A DNA stretch of 64,000 nt from Candidatus Magasanikiibacteriota bacterium (GTDB taxonomy: Bacteria; Patescibacteriota; Patescibacteriia; Magasanikbacterales; UBA922). Below the pieces are notes generated by a model that made no database searches, had not been told where the DNA came from, and saw nothing but the letters and a program-made list of their open reading frames with translations. This document shows positions 8,835 through 19,228 of the stretch, piece after piece. The DNA lies in assembly GCA_016193335.1 (NCBI GenBank), contig JACPSK010000008.1:1589-65588 (forward strand), given 5' to 3'. Position 1 is the stretch's first letter; each line of letters opens with the position of its first letter. The translations under genes and the position numbers were made by a program.

Positions 8835-11285
8835 TCATGACCTAGGTTCCGCTTTGAATTTTTCTTGCAGGAGCTGGAAGACCTTGGTCTGTGCCATATC
8901 CACGTCTTTTGTCTCAAGTGTTTTTTCGTCTGAACGATATACGAGCCTATAGGCCATGCTCTTTTTGCCTTTTTCTATTTCTTGTCCCTGATATATATCA
9001 AATAGTATGATCTCTCGAATAAGCGGATCAGCGGAATTGATCGCTTTAATGATGTCAGCGTGTTGTACTTCTCGACCAACCAAGAAGGCAATGTCACGCT
9101 CTACCTCCGGGTAGAGAGGCAGAGGCTCATAGCGGCTGGAATCTCCAAGCGATGAAACAAGTTTGTCTAAATGTATCTCAGCCATTGCCACACGGGCAAG
9201 CATGCCAACGGCATTTTGAACCAAGGGATGTAATTCGCCAATATGACCAAAGACCGTGTCGCCCTGTTTGATCTCTCCTCCCCGGCCCGGGTGAATAAAA
9301 GCCAGCTCAGGCCGAACACGCTCGACACTCGCTTTTACCCCCAAGCGTTCGAATAGCCCGTCTAAAGCTCTAAGAAGTTCGTGATAAGGCTCTTCGTTTC
9401 CTTTCTTTGCGTACAAGACGCCAAGAAAAGTTTCTTGTTTGGGCAAACAACTTCGATCTCCAAGCCCTGTTTCTTCTCCTTGTTTTTCCTTATGAAACAC
9501 GCGCCCAATTTCAAACATTTTGACTTCATCATAACGGTGCAAATTCGCCTCGACACTTTGCAATAAATTGGGGAGAAGATGTCTCCTTATAAGGGGACGA
9601 TCTTTGGCCACGGGATTCTTGAGTTCAAGATGCAAAGATCGATCTTCACCCAATGAATCCAACCATTCGGGAGATTCAAAAGAATAATTGTATACTTCAG
9701 TATAGCCCTGCTCAAAAGCTAAAAGTTCTTTAATTTTGTGTTCCAGTTCCCGAAGCGGGTTGCCGAGACCCGGGGTGATGGCAAATCGGGGCATGCTCGT
9801 GGGGATATTTTCATATCCGTATACACGAGCAACCTCTTCTACCAAATCTTCTGGAATGGAAATGTCTTTTGTGGCCCGCCAGCTTGGAATGTTCACCAGA
9901 AGATGATCCTTTTTTTCTTTTATGAGAAATCCCAGCCGCGTCAAAATATCCATGACTTGTTTTTTATCAATCTCAACGCCGATTTTCTTCTGCAAAAATT
10001 CCATAGAAAGATCCAGAGGGCCTTGCGGAAGAGCCACGGAACCCGAATCTGTCACAGAGCTTAGCACGCGGGACCCGGGGCATATCTGAAGCGTAAGCTC
10101 CACGAGGCGCCGAAGCCCAGACTCAGCATTGGCAGGATCTTGACTCTTTTCCCATCGTGCCGAGCCTTCTGTTCTGAATCCGAGTTTTTGTGAGGTTTTA
10201 CGCACCGTCACGGCATCAAAATTCGCCGATTCAAAGAGTACCGCGCTTGTTTTTTCAGATACTTGAGTATTCTGACAGCCCATTATTCCTCCCAAGGCAA
10301 CCGGCTTTTCTCCATCAGAAATCACAAACATATCTTCAGTCAATTGACGCTCAACGCCATCCAGGGTTCTGCATGTTTCGCCTTTCTGAGCCTGTCTCAC
10401 CATCATCTGTATATGTTTATTATTCATGGCAAGCTTCTCTATATCAAAGGCATGAGTTGGTTGGGCCAACTCAAACATCACATAATTGGTAATGTCAACA
10501 ATATTATTTATAGGCCGCTGCCCAATGGATCTTAAACGTTTCTGCATCCATTCCGGGGAAGGCCCTATACTGATCCCGCCCACCACAACCCCGGTATAAC
10601 GCGAGCATACATTCTTGTCCTTAATTTTCGCGCTCAATTTATAAACGCGGTCTTCTTGTATATCCGGCGTCTTTAGCTTATTAAGGGTTAAACCCAAAAG
10701 GGCGGCAATTTCACGAGCCACTCCGTAGTGCCCCCACAAATCAGGACGACTTGAAAGCGACTTATTATCAATGGTAAAAATAAGATCATCCAATTCCAAG
10801 GCTTCCGCCAACCCGGTGCCAAGGCTCGCGCTCAGGTGGCTAAGATCAAGAATATCCTTCTCCTCATGTTTTGGAAATAATTCCAGAAGACCTATTTCAT
10901 CAGACGCGCAAATCATACCGTTCGATTCCTCTCCTCGTATGGAGACTTTTTTTAATTCAACCAAGTCGCCTTCTCCATGCCACTTCACCTTTGCTCCTAT
11001 CCGGGCAAAGGCCACCAACATTCCTTTTTGTATATTGGAACCGCCACAAACTACCTGCTGGGTGTCTTTCCCGTCAAAAACTTTACAAATTTTAAGCTTA
11101 TCCGCGTTTGGATGCCCCATGATGTCCTTAATTTTCCCCAATACCACATCTTTTAAAAACAGACCCTGCTCCTGAACGCCATCAAGTTCCACCACGCGAG
11201 TACTCAACAAATCCTTCAGCTCTTCCGAGCTGAATTTGTCTGGAATCTGCACGAAATCTTGTAGCCATTTTTTGGAAATCAACAT
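8835..11285 (-). CDS. pheT: phenylalanine--tRNA ligase beta subunit
   Basis: 816 aa with N-terminal tRNA-binding, B3/B4, B5 and FDX-ACB-like regions (MLISKKWLQDFVQIPDKFSSEELKDLLS...). Immediately upstream of pheS. Confidence 0.9.
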   Translation of the reverse strand: MLISKKWLQDFVQIPDKFSSEELKDLLSTRVVELDGVQEQGLFLKDVVLGKIKDIMGHPNADKLKICKVFDGKDTQQVVCGGSNIQKGMLVAFARIGAKVKWHGEGDLVELKKVSIRGEESNGMICASDEIGLLELFPKHEEKDILDLSHLSASLGTGLAEALELDDLIFTIDNKSLSSRPDLWGHYGVAREIAALLGLTLNKLKTPDIQEDRVYKLSAKIKDKNVCSRYTGVVVGGISIGPSPEWMQKRLRSIGQRPINNIVDITNYVMFELAQPTHAFDIEKLAMNNKHIQMMVRQAQKGETCRTLDGVERQLTEDMFVISDGEKPVALGGIMGCQNTQVSEKTSAVLFESANFDAVTVRKTSQKLGFRTEGSARWEKSQDPANAESGLRRLVELTLQICPGSRVLSSVTDSGSVALPQGPLDLSMEFLQKKIGVEIDKKQVMDILTRLGFLIKEKKDHLLVNIPSWRATKDISIPEDLVEEVARVYGYENIPTSMPRFAITPGLGNPLRELEHKIKELLAFEQGYTEVYNYSFESPEWLDSLGEDRSLHLELKNPVAKDRPLIRRHLLPNLLQSVEANLHRYDEVKMFEIGRVFHKEKQGEETGLGDRSCLPKQETFLGVLYAKKGNEEPYHELLRALDGLFERLGVKASVERVRPELAFIHPGRGGEIKQGDTVFGHIGELHPLVQNAVGMLARVAMAEIHLDKLVSSLGDSSRYEPLPLYPEVERDIAFLVGREVQHADIIKAINSADPLIREIILFDIYQGQEIEKGKKSMAYRLVYRSDEKTLETKDVDMAQTKVFQLLQEKFKAEPRS

Positions 11286-11300
11286 AAATTCAAATCAATC

Positions 11301-12320
11301 CTAAAATTGTTTCAAAAATCTCAAATCTCCAGAATGAATATGCCGGATATCTTCCACTCCATATTTGCCCATAACCAAACGATCCACGCCAAGTGAAAAA
11401 GCAAAACCGTCATGTTCGGCAGGATCCAAACCCCCGGCTCGGATTACATGTGGATGGATCATTCCACAACCAACGATCTCAGTCCATTTGGTTTTTTGAT
11501 CCTTGCCAAGACCAAAGCTTACTTTCATTTCCATCTCAAATCCCGGTTCAACGAAGGGGAAAAAAGCCGGCCGCAAACGCAATTCAACTTTTCTCTTGTA
11601 CAATCCTTCAAGCAGAGTTTTGATGACGCCAACCAAATTCCCAATAGTTAAATTTTTATCCACGACAATACAGTCGAACTGATAAAAAGTGTGCCCATGC
11701 GTGGCGTCCAGGGCTTCATTTCTAAACACACGGCCGAGATGCACTGCCCTAAGAGGCGCTCCATAACGCCGCATCTGTCTTACCTGCATGCCGGAAACAT
11801 GAGAGCGCATGGTCCAATGCGGATGATCTTTTATATAAAAAGTATCCTGAGCTTCTCGGGCGGGATGAAATTCCGGGATATTAAGAGCATCAAAAATATA
11901 ATAATCACTTTCAATCTCAGGGCCGTCTTCAATGACAAAACCCATTTTTTTTGCGATTTCTTCCAGTTCCCATATAGATTGGGTGATGGGATGCAGATGT
12001 CCTTTCTCCCTCCCATCCAAAGAAGGCTCGCTCAGATCTATTGCTTCGGTTTCAGCTATTTTAGCCATCCCTCTGAAACTCAATTCTGTTTTTTTCTTCA
12101 AAAGCAAGGCTTGAAGTTCCGATTTTGTCGTGTTCGCGAGGCTACCGGCCTCTCTGCGCGCTTCAGCGGAGAAATCCTTGAGCTTTTTCATGATAAGAGT
12201 AAAAGCACCGGATTTACGCGAAAAAAATCTCTCTTCAAATAAAATCAAATCAGACAAATTTGAAATATCCCTCAATCCCTTTTCAAATTCTTTTTTTATT
12301 TGTTCCAATTTTTTGTTCAT
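11301..12320 (-). CDS. pheS: phenylalanine--tRNA ligase alpha subunit
   Basis: Class II core with FDALNIPEFHPAREAQDTFYI and GLGVDRLVM motifs. Confidence 0.9.
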   Translation of the reverse strand: MNKKLEQIKKEFEKGLRDISNLSDLILFEERFFSRKSGAFTLIMKKLKDFSAEARREAGSLANTTKSELQALLLKKKTELSFRGMAKIAETEAIDLSEPSLDGREKGHLHPITQSIWELEEIAKKMGFVIEDGPEIESDYYIFDALNIPEFHPAREAQDTFYIKDHPHWTMRSHVSGMQVRQMRRYGAPLRAVHLGRVFRNEALDATHGHTFYQFDCIVVDKNLTIGNLVGVIKTLLEGLYKRKVELRLRPAFFPFVEPGFEMEMKVSFGLGKDQKTKWTEIVGCGMIHPHVIRAGGLDPAEHDGFAFSLGVDRLVMGKYGVEDIRHIHSGDLRFLKQF

Positions 12321-12340
12321 AAAGAATATTTCAATACGTT

Positions 12341-13516
12341 TTAGAGAAGTCCGGCCACATCTTTATAGGTTACTGCCACAATCAAAATCATAAGCAGTAT
12401 AAATCCTATAGTGTGAGCGGCCTGCTCATATTTCATGGGTACCGGCCGTCCGATAAACTTTTGTATGATAACAAACAAAGCCCGTCCTCCATCCAAAGCA
12501 GGGATCGGAAGCACATTGATAGCCGCCAAACTCAAAGATATCATTGCCGTGACATTCAAAAGATAATGAAAACCCAATCTGGCACTCTGTCCCACCACAA
12601 CGGCGATGCCCACCGGGCCCGCAACGCCAAAAGCCATGCCATCCCCGAGAATAAGGCCTTTGATTAAAATATAAAAACCTATAAATATATTAAAAAGGGC
12701 GATGCCGGCGGCCACAAAACCTTTGTACAAAGCAATGTACCAAGGATAGCGAACCACACCCGCGTCTGCAAGCACGATTCCCAGACGAGGAGCCGCGCCA
12801 CTTTGAAGCTCTGCGGGCTTCAAAACAATACTTTCAGTTTGATCTTGACGTTCTAAGACAAGAGTCATATTTTCTTTACTATGAGCCCTCACATATTCTA
12901 TCATCTGGGTGGCGGTGTGGATAGAAATTCCGTCTATGCTCAAAATTTTATCGCCGAATTGAAGCCCTCCGGCTTCTGCCGGAGAATTATCTTCCACTTG
13001 CTGGACGAGAACCGCGGATTCTTCGACCACGATGGCACGCGGATCTTGAAGCAAAGATGCCTCAGCCGGCAGTCCTACCGTAAAACCAAAACTAAGCAAG
13101 ACCGCGGCCAACAAAACATTCATGGCCACTCCTGATAAAAGCACCACTAATTTTTTCCAAGCTTTATGATAGCCGAAACTATCGCAATCTTCGGTTTCTT
13201 CTCCATTCTCACCTTTTATTTTTACAAAACCCCCCAAAGGAAGCCAGTTGACTGAGTACAAAGTGGCAGGGAATTCATCGGCTATTTTCCTCTCGGATCC
13301 GCCCACAGTCTGTCTTAACATACTCGTGCCCCTGCCCTTCACCCATATCCATTTTCCTGATCCGGGGTCTTTGTACACGCCAAAAGCCCTGGGTGGGAAC
13401 CCAAAACCGAATTCATGTACTTTCATTCCGGACTTTCGAGCAGTCACAAAATGGCCCCATTCGTGGACGAGCACAAGGACGCTGAGTATGGCGATAAATA
13501 TAAGGGCCGTAATCAT
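12341..13516 (-). CDS. rseP: RIP zinc metalloprotease RseP (site-2 protease)
   Basis: HEWGHF (HExxH) in the first TM helix, a PDZ-like middle region, and a C-terminal NVLPIPALDGG motif. Confidence 0.85.
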   Translation of the reverse strand: MITALIFIAILSVLVLVHEWGHFVTARKSGMKVHEFGFGFPPRAFGVYKDPGSGKWIWVKGRGTSMLRQTVGGSERKIADEFPATLYSVNWLPLGGFVKIKGENGEETEDCDSFGYHKAWKKLVVLLSGVAMNVLLAAVLLSFGFTVGLPAEASLLQDPRAIVVEESAVLVQQVEDNSPAEAGGLQFGDKILSIDGISIHTATQMIEYVRAHSKENMTLVLERQDQTESIVLKPAELQSGAAPRLGIVLADAGVVRYPWYIALYKGFVAAGIALFNIFIGFYILIKGLILGDGMAFGVAGPVGIAVVVGQSARLGFHYLLNVTAMISLSLAAINVLPIPALDGGRALFVIIQKFIGRPVPMKYEQAAHTIGFILLMILIVAVTYKDVAGLL

Positions 13517-13716
13517 AATTGACTAAAATACCTTTATAAGGCTACAATAACGACAGTAGTATGCCACAAAGATCCGGGGTAATCAACTCTCCTACGCTAG
13601 GATCTGACAGACGGCACATGAATCCCTATGTTAATTTTTAAACAATACAGATTTGATCGGGATTAAAAATTAAAAAAATAAAAATTGTAAATTATAAATC
13701 ACTTAAACAGATATAT

Positions 13717-14280
13717 ATGTCCATACTCTACATAATGCTCGCTATCATCGTAATTGGAATACTATGGGTCATCGGCGTTTACAATAGTCTCATAAAACTC
13801 AGAAACAGAACCAAAGAAGGATGGAGCGATATAGACGTTCAACTCAAACGCAGACACGATCTTATACCAAATTTGATAGAAAGCGTGAAGGGCTACATGA
13901 AACATGAACGCGAATTACTGGAAAAGATAACCCAGTATCGTTCCAAAGCCGTGGAAATGCAAAAAAGCGGTAATTCAAAAGAACTCGCAAAAACAGAAGG
14001 CATGCTCGGAAATATGCTCGGACAATTGCAAATCGCCGTGGAAGCTTATCCGGACCTCAAAGCCAACCAAAATGTTGGTCAACTTATGGACGAATTGTCC
14101 GACACTGAAAATAAAATTCAGGCATCCCGAAGATTTTACAATGGCATGGTTAGGGATTTCAATACCAAAATTGAACAATTTCCCAACAACCTCATAGCAA
14201 ATATGCTCAAATTTAATGCTTTTGATTTCTTTGAGATAGAAGACGCAAAAGAACGGGAAAACGTAAAAGTGGCATTCTAA
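13717..14280 (+). CDS. lemA: LemA family protein
   Basis: N-terminal TM helix plus the LemA consensus (NSLIKLRNRTKEGWSDIDVQLKRRHDLIPNLIE...YPDLKAN). Confidence 0.8.
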   Translation: MSILYIMLAIIVIGILWVIGVYNSLIKLRNRTKEGWSDIDVQLKRRHDLIPNLIESVKGYMKHERELLEKITQYRSKAVEMQKSGNSKELAKTEGMLGNMLGQLQIAVEAYPDLKANQNVGQLMDELSDTENKIQASRRFYNGMVRDFNTKIEQFPNNLIANMLKFNAFDFFEIEDAKERENVKVAF

Positions 14281-14304
14281 AATAAAACAGATCGATCCAT
14301 ATCT

Positions 14305-15177
14305 ATGTACTCACAAATAGACTCAAATAAACGTAAAACCAATATCCTTATATTGATTTTCATTATCTTCGTTCTTGGCATTGGCTGGTTTTTTAACGCA
14401 TATATGGGCTATGGATACGGCGCCGTCGCGTTTGCCATGCTTGTGTCTATCGCCATGTCTCTTTTCAGTTATTATAAAGGAGATACAATAGCTCTCAAAT
14501 CAAGCGGCGCGAAGGAAATACAAAAAAATGACAACCCTTATCTTTGGCGCATGGTGGAAAATCTCGCGATTACCGCCGGGATTCCTATGCCGAAAATTCA
14601 TATCATAGATTCCCCTGCCCTCAATGCCTTCGCCACAGGGCGGGATCCTGAGCATGCATCCATAGCGGTTACCACAGGCATCATCCAAGCTCTTGAAAAC
14701 GAAGAACTCGAAGGCGTGATCGCTCACGAGCTCTCCCATGTCAAAAATTTTGATATCCGCGTGATGACCGTAGTCGTGGTTTTAGTTGGGTCCATCGCCC
14801 TCCTTTCTGATTTTTTCTTTCGGGCACATTTTTACGGGGGCAGACGAGGTAAAGACAATAAGGCAGGCGGCATCTTTATGATTATCGGGCTCCTGGCTCT
14901 CATTATATCCCCTGTCGTCGCAGAGCTGATCAAGCTTGCCATATCCCGCAAGCGAGAATTCTTGGCAGACGCTTCGGGCGCTCTTCTGACTCGCTATCCC
15001 GAAGCTTTGGCCCGGGCTCTCGAAAAAATTTCAGCTTCATCCATCCCTTTGCAAAGAGCCAGCGCCGCAACAGCCCATCTTTTCATTTCCAATCCGTTCA
15101 AGAAAAAAAATCTCTCCTCTCTTTTTTCCACTCATCCACCTATTGAAGAGCGGGTAAAAAGGCTGAGAGAGACCTAA
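14305..15177 (+). CDS. htpX: M48 family zinc metalloprotease HtpX
   Basis: HELSHVKNFD (HExxH) between TM helices. HtpX-like topology. Commonly paired with lemA. Confidence 0.8.
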   Translation: MYSQIDSNKRKTNILILIFIIFVLGIGWFFNAYMGYGYGAVAFAMLVSIAMSLFSYYKGDTIALKSSGAKEIQKNDNPYLWRMVENLAITAGIPMPKIHIIDSPALNAFATGRDPEHASIAVTTGIIQALENEELEGVIAHELSHVKNFDIRVMTVVVVLVGSIALLSDFFFRAHFYGGRRGKDNKAGGIFMIIGLLALIISPVVAELIKLAISRKREFLADASGALLTRYPEALARALEKISASSIPLQRASAATAHLFISNPFKKKNLSSLFSTHPPIEERVKRLRET

Positions 15178-15268
15178 ATGACAATTCTTAATTTACAGTT
15201 TGTAATTTATTAAACCGAAAGACATAACTTTGAAAAAATTCAAAGTTTTTTTAAAAAAATAAAAATCT

Positions 15269-16726
15269 GTGAACATCCCAAAAACCATGAGCACTCAGCA
15301 TCCGGACAATGTGCATGTCCCCTTTTTCGCCGAAGATTCCGTCTTGGGCGGTGAAGACGAAATACAAGAAGCCTTCTATGCTTATTCACATCTCAATTGC
15401 CATGAACAAATGTGGGATTTTGAAGGCAAAGAAGTGGATAATTTTGTCGTAAAAAAACTCCTGAGCAAAAATGAAATTTTCTTCAAAAAAAACAAACTCG
15501 GCCAAGACTTGCGCCTCACCTTTCGGGTGCCGAATCCTGAGGTGGAAAAAGCCGAAGCCAAAATTCTTTTGGAAACATTGGAAAGCATTCCCCGTTCTTT
15601 CGACGCGGCAAAATTGTTTTACAAACAAGACATAGCGCCTGTCTTTGAGGTCATTTTACCGATGTCAAAAAATGCCGAGGAACTCAACCGAATTTACTAT
15701 TATTACAAAGACATGGTGGCCGGCAAACAGCAGCGCAACTTGAACGGCAATGACATGACCATCGCCGAGTGGATCGGTGAATTCAAACCAGAAACAATAA
15801 ATGTCATTCCCCTATTTGAAGACAAAGAAGATCTGCTCAGAGCCCATGAAGTGGTGAAAAAATTTCTGAAAGGTAAACATATGAGCTATCAACGGGTGTT
15901 CCTCGCCCGCTCGGATCCAGCGGTAAACTACGGATCTCTAAGCGCGGTCCTACTGAATAAAATAGCTCTCCAACGCCTGCAAAAAACATCAAAAGAACTG
16001 GGCATACCGCTCTACCCCATTTTGGGAGCCGGCTCTGCCCCATTCCGAGGAAATTTAAGACCTCAAACCGTAGAGCGAATGATTTTAGGCTATCCGAGCG
16101 TGCACACCTATACTATCCAATCTTCTTTTAAGTTCGACCACCAGCCCGAAGATGTGCGAAAAGCCATAGAACACATTAACAACCACGAAAGTGGAGAAGC
16201 AATAGAAATAGACGAACCAAGAGCTCTGGAAATCATAGAACGCTACAGCGCCGAATACAGGAAACAAGTAAAAAAACTCGCTTCAGTCATCAACAAAATT
16301 TCTCCTTTCGTACCAAAAAGAAGAAAACGGAAACTCCATATAGGTTTGTTCGGATATTCTCGAGATATGGACGGCATACGTTTGCCCAGGGCCATTACCT
16401 TTACAGCGGCTCTGTATTCCATAGGAATACCTCCAGAGCTGTTAGGCCTCAATGCTATCACTCCTGAAGACAAATCTTTCATCAACTCGGTATACACAAA
16501 TTTTGAATATGACTTAAGAGACCCATTGCGCTATACTAATATACGCAGTCCTTTTATGCCGCCTGAAGTGGAACAAAGTATCCGCCCTCTCATGGAGCAC
16601 ACAGAAAGCGATGCTTATCACGCCCAGCTCATTCATCTCATGTGTAAAGGACTCCAAGAAAACGTTCATGATGAATTGAAAACTCAAATACTCGAAGCGG
16701 CGAGGATCCGCGGATATTTGGGATAA
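15269..16726 (+). CDS. ppcA: phosphoenolpyruvate carboxylase, archaeal type (PepcA)
   Basis: N-terminus NIPKTMSTQHPDN matches the hallmark IPRxMSTQHPDN of the roughly 500-aa atypical archaeal-type PEPC. Length 485 aa. GTG start. Confidence 0.65.
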   Translation: MNIPKTMSTQHPDNVHVPFFAEDSVLGGEDEIQEAFYAYSHLNCHEQMWDFEGKEVDNFVVKKLLSKNEIFFKKNKLGQDLRLTFRVPNPEVEKAEAKILLETLESIPRSFDAAKLFYKQDIAPVFEVILPMSKNAEELNRIYYYYKDMVAGKQQRNLNGNDMTIAEWIGEFKPETINVIPLFEDKEDLLRAHEVVKKFLKGKHMSYQRVFLARSDPAVNYGSLSAVLLNKIALQRLQKTSKELGIPLYPILGAGSAPFRGNLRPQTVERMILGYPSVHTYTIQSSFKFDHQPEDVRKAIEHINNHESGEAIEIDEPRALEIIERYSAEYRKQVKKLASVINKISPFVPKRRKRKLHIGLFGYSRDMDGIRLPRAITFTAALYSIGIPPELLGLNAITPEDKSFINSVYTNFEYDLRDPLRYTNIRSPFMPPEVEQSIRPLMEHTESDAYHAQLIHLMCKGLQENVHDELKTQILEAARIRGYLG

Positions 16727-16735
16727 CATAGATCT

Positions 16736-17131
16736 ATGCCTACCACAAAAAAAGATCTTAAAAAGCTCAAAAAACTCGGACGAAGCGCAAAACCAAGCAG
16801 AACTCTTGAAGTATTTCCGAACCATGCGGGAGAAAATATGACCGTCAGTCTTGATTGCAAAGAATTCACCTGCAAGTGCCCCCTTACCGGACAGCCTGAC
16901 TACGCCCACATTCTGCTTACCTACACTCCGGACAAGTACGTGGTAGAATCAAAATCCATGAAGCTGTACCTGGAATCATACCGAGACACGGGAGTCTTTC
17001 ACGAACATCTGGCCGTGGACATAGCAAAAGATTTCATCACATACGTTCAGCCTCTTTCGCTTAGCGTGCTTGTAAGCTTCAATGTGCGCGGAGGCATTTC
17101 AATTTCGGCCGATTACCATTGGAATAGATAA
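16736..17131 (+). CDS. queF: NADPH-dependent 7-cyano-7-deazaguanine (preQ0) reductase, unimodular type
   Basis: FTCKCPLTGQPDYAHILLTY with ESKSMKLYLESYRD, the catalytic Cys and QueF motif. 131 aa. Confidence 0.85.
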   Translation: MPTTKKDLKKLKKLGRSAKPSRTLEVFPNHAGENMTVSLDCKEFTCKCPLTGQPDYAHILLTYTPDKYVVESKSMKLYLESYRDTGVFHEHLAVDIAKDFITYVQPLSLSVLVSFNVRGGISISADYHWNR

Positions 17132-17134
17132 AAA

Positions 17135-17674
17135 GTGCCAAACCCAAACCACATAACCCGTATGAATCATACCGCGAATCAGACAAAAGCTCCCTCAGGA
17201 TTTATGGTAAACTCCGCTCTCAAAGTGGCCCTCCTCTCAGTAAGCACTTTTGGTTTATACGAACTGTATTGGTTTTGGATAAATTGGAATGTGGTAAAAG
17301 AAAAAGAAAAAACAAAAATCTGGCCCATCGGTCGCGCTCTTTTCAGTGTGATTTTTTGCTTTCCTCTCTTCAAAAAAATACTTTCAGAAGCTTCGGAGAC
17401 CTCAAATCCAAAAAAATTCACCGCCCTTCAGTTGGCCTTTATTTATATATTTCTATCTTTCCTGGGCATCTTGCCAAACCCATATTGGATACTGGGAATC
17501 ATGACTTTCTACCCCCTAATGGAAATACAATCCATTATCAACAAAAATGCAAAAACAGAACAGCCAAAGGCGCAAAATACCTTCTTCTCAGATTTTTCAA
17601 CCCTTGAACTCTCAATCATAGTGATAGGCAGTATTTTGCTTGCCGTGGGAATCGCTTCCGCCATCAAAGGATAA
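17135..17674 (+). CDS. hypothetical polytopic membrane protein (DUF4234-like GLYxxYW motif)
   Basis: Hydrophobic helices with GLYELYWFWINW. The start could be the GTG at 17135, the ATG at 17162 or the ATG at 17204. Confidence 0.4.
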   Translation: MPNPNHITRMNHTANQTKAPSGFMVNSALKVALLSVSTFGLYELYWFWINWNVVKEKEKTKIWPIGRALFSVIFCFPLFKKILSEASETSNPKKFTALQLAFIYIFLSFLGILPNPYWILGIMTFYPLMEIQSIINKNAKTEQPKAQNTFFSDFSTLELSIIVIGSILLAVGIASAIKG

Positions 17675-17680
17675 AACAGT

Positions 17681-18454
17681 ATGGACAAAAAAAGAACACT
17701 CGTAACCGGAGCATCAAGTGGAATAGGAAAAGAACTCGCCCTTTGTTTCGCCCGCGCTGGTTATGACTTAGTGCTGGTGTCGAGACAAGAAAACAAACTG
17801 CGCAAGCTGTCAAAAGAATGCGAAGAACGATACGGTACAAAAAGTCTTATCATAGCGAAAGACCTTAGTGATGTTTGCGCTCCAAAACAAATTTTTGACA
17901 TTTTGGAACAACATAAAATAGACGTGGACGTATTGGTGAACAATGCTGGTTTTGGCGTATATGGACATTTTTCAAACACGCATAGAGAAACAGAACTGAA
18001 CATGATACAACTCAATATCAGCGCTCTCACCGATCTCACCAAACTCTTATTAGCGCAGATGTTGCGTAGACGCTCGGGAAAAATTCTCAATGTCGCTTCA
18101 ACGGCCGCTTTCCAGCCAGGGCCCGTCATGGCCGTGTATTTTGCCAGCAAAGCTTACGTGCTGTCTTTTTCCGAAGCTCTGGCCCATGAACTTAAACCCC
18201 ATGGCATTACCGTGACCTGCCTTTGCCCCGGCCCCACAAAAACTGAATTCGCGTCGCGAGCGGCCAGAGAGAAAGAATTATTGTACAGCCCCTATGCCAT
18301 GAATGCCGACGAGGTCGCCAAACTCGCTTATAAAGGTCTCACAAAAGGCAAGACCCTTGTGATAGCCGGATTCAAAAACAAATGTCTGATTTTTCTGCAA
18401 AGATTCCTACCCCGTTCTTTGGTCCGAAATATCGTAGGACGCATTATGAAATAA
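17681..18454 (+). CDS. short-chain dehydrogenase/reductase (SDR)
   Basis: TGASSGIG Rossmann motif, NNAG, and a catalytic YxxxK (YFASK). Confidence 0.85.
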   Translation: MDKKRTLVTGASSGIGKELALCFARAGYDLVLVSRQENKLRKLSKECEERYGTKSLIIAKDLSDVCAPKQIFDILEQHKIDVDVLVNNAGFGVYGHFSNTHRETELNMIQLNISALTDLTKLLLAQMLRRRSGKILNVASTAAFQPGPVMAVYFASKAYVLSFSEALAHELKPHGITVTCLCPGPTKTEFASRAAREKELLYSPYAMNADEVAKLAYKGLTKGKTLVIAGFKNKCLIFLQRFLPRSLVRNIVGRIMK

Positions 18455-18647
18455 GCTAGGACAGATAATGAACAGATTACTGCTACGACTCGGTTTAATC
18501 GAAGATGCGGTCTCTTTCTTGGGCTATACCATGGAATCCTGCACCGATATGACTTCAACTAAAGTGCTAAAATACTATGGTGAAAATCCAGACTTCCAGA
18601 GTTTCAAACAGAATCCTAAAACATGAGCATCCTCTCAAAGAAAATAA

Positions 18648-18683
18648 ATCCGCCCACTGTCTAAGCGGGCGGATCGAATTTTT
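18648..18683. terminator. bidirectional intrinsic terminator between the SDR gene and the KH-domain gene
   Basis: ATCCGCCC/GGGCGGAT stem, followed by TTTTT on the plus strand and a T-run on the minus strand. A second small palindrome TTTTCTC/GAGAAAA is adjacent. Confidence 0.6.
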
Positions 18684-18697
18684 CTCGTGAGAAAAAT

Positions 18698-19045
18698 TTA
18701 TATCTCAATATTATCGATAGCGCTGGTGTCAACCTCTTCCCTCGCAGGTCTCGAGTCAAGAGGTCTCGAGTCAGCCTGCATTCTTCTGCTACCTTCGGGT
18801 TCATTAATTTTCAAATTTACGCTTGCGTTATTTTTTGCTCCCACTACGCGCAAAAGAGTTCTGAGCGCTCTTACGGTCTGGCCGCGTCGACCAATTACAT
18901 ACCCTATATCGGTCTGATTAACATCCAAGGTAAGCAAGACTCCTCGTTCGTCAACAGTTCTCGTAGATTTTACATTCTCAGGATGATTTACAATAGCCCT
19001 TACCACGAACTCCAAAAATTGTTGATCCGTATATGCTTCTGCCAT
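18698..19045 (-). CDS. khpA: KH-domain RNA-binding protein (KhpA/YlqC-like) with a C-terminal extension
   Basis: GYVIGRRGQTVRALRTLL KH motif. Conserved position downstream of rpsP. ATG at 19045 is preferred over the TTG at 19099. Confidence 0.7.
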   Translation of the reverse strand: MAEAYTDQQFLEFVVRAIVNHPENVKSTRTVDERGVLLTLDVNQTDIGYVIGRRGQTVRALRTLLRVVGAKNNASVNLKINEPEGSRRMQADSRPLDSRPAREEVDTSAIDNIEI

Positions 19046-19228
19046 ATCTTTATTATCTATTGAATTAGAATATACCTTAAGCCCCAAAACTGTCGACAAT
19101 CCCTCTTCGGGTCAGTTTTGTGTGGATTACTATACCATGAGGCTAGGTCACGGTCAAGATAAAATATAAAACTGTCCACAAGGAACAGTTTTATAATGTT
19201 TCAAATAAGGTCCGGAAATCTTGTCTAT

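Noticed and set aside
18468-18626. A 52-aa ORF between the SDR gene and the bidirectional terminator.
   Set aside because: No RBS or motif. It may be real but cannot be supported from sequence alone.
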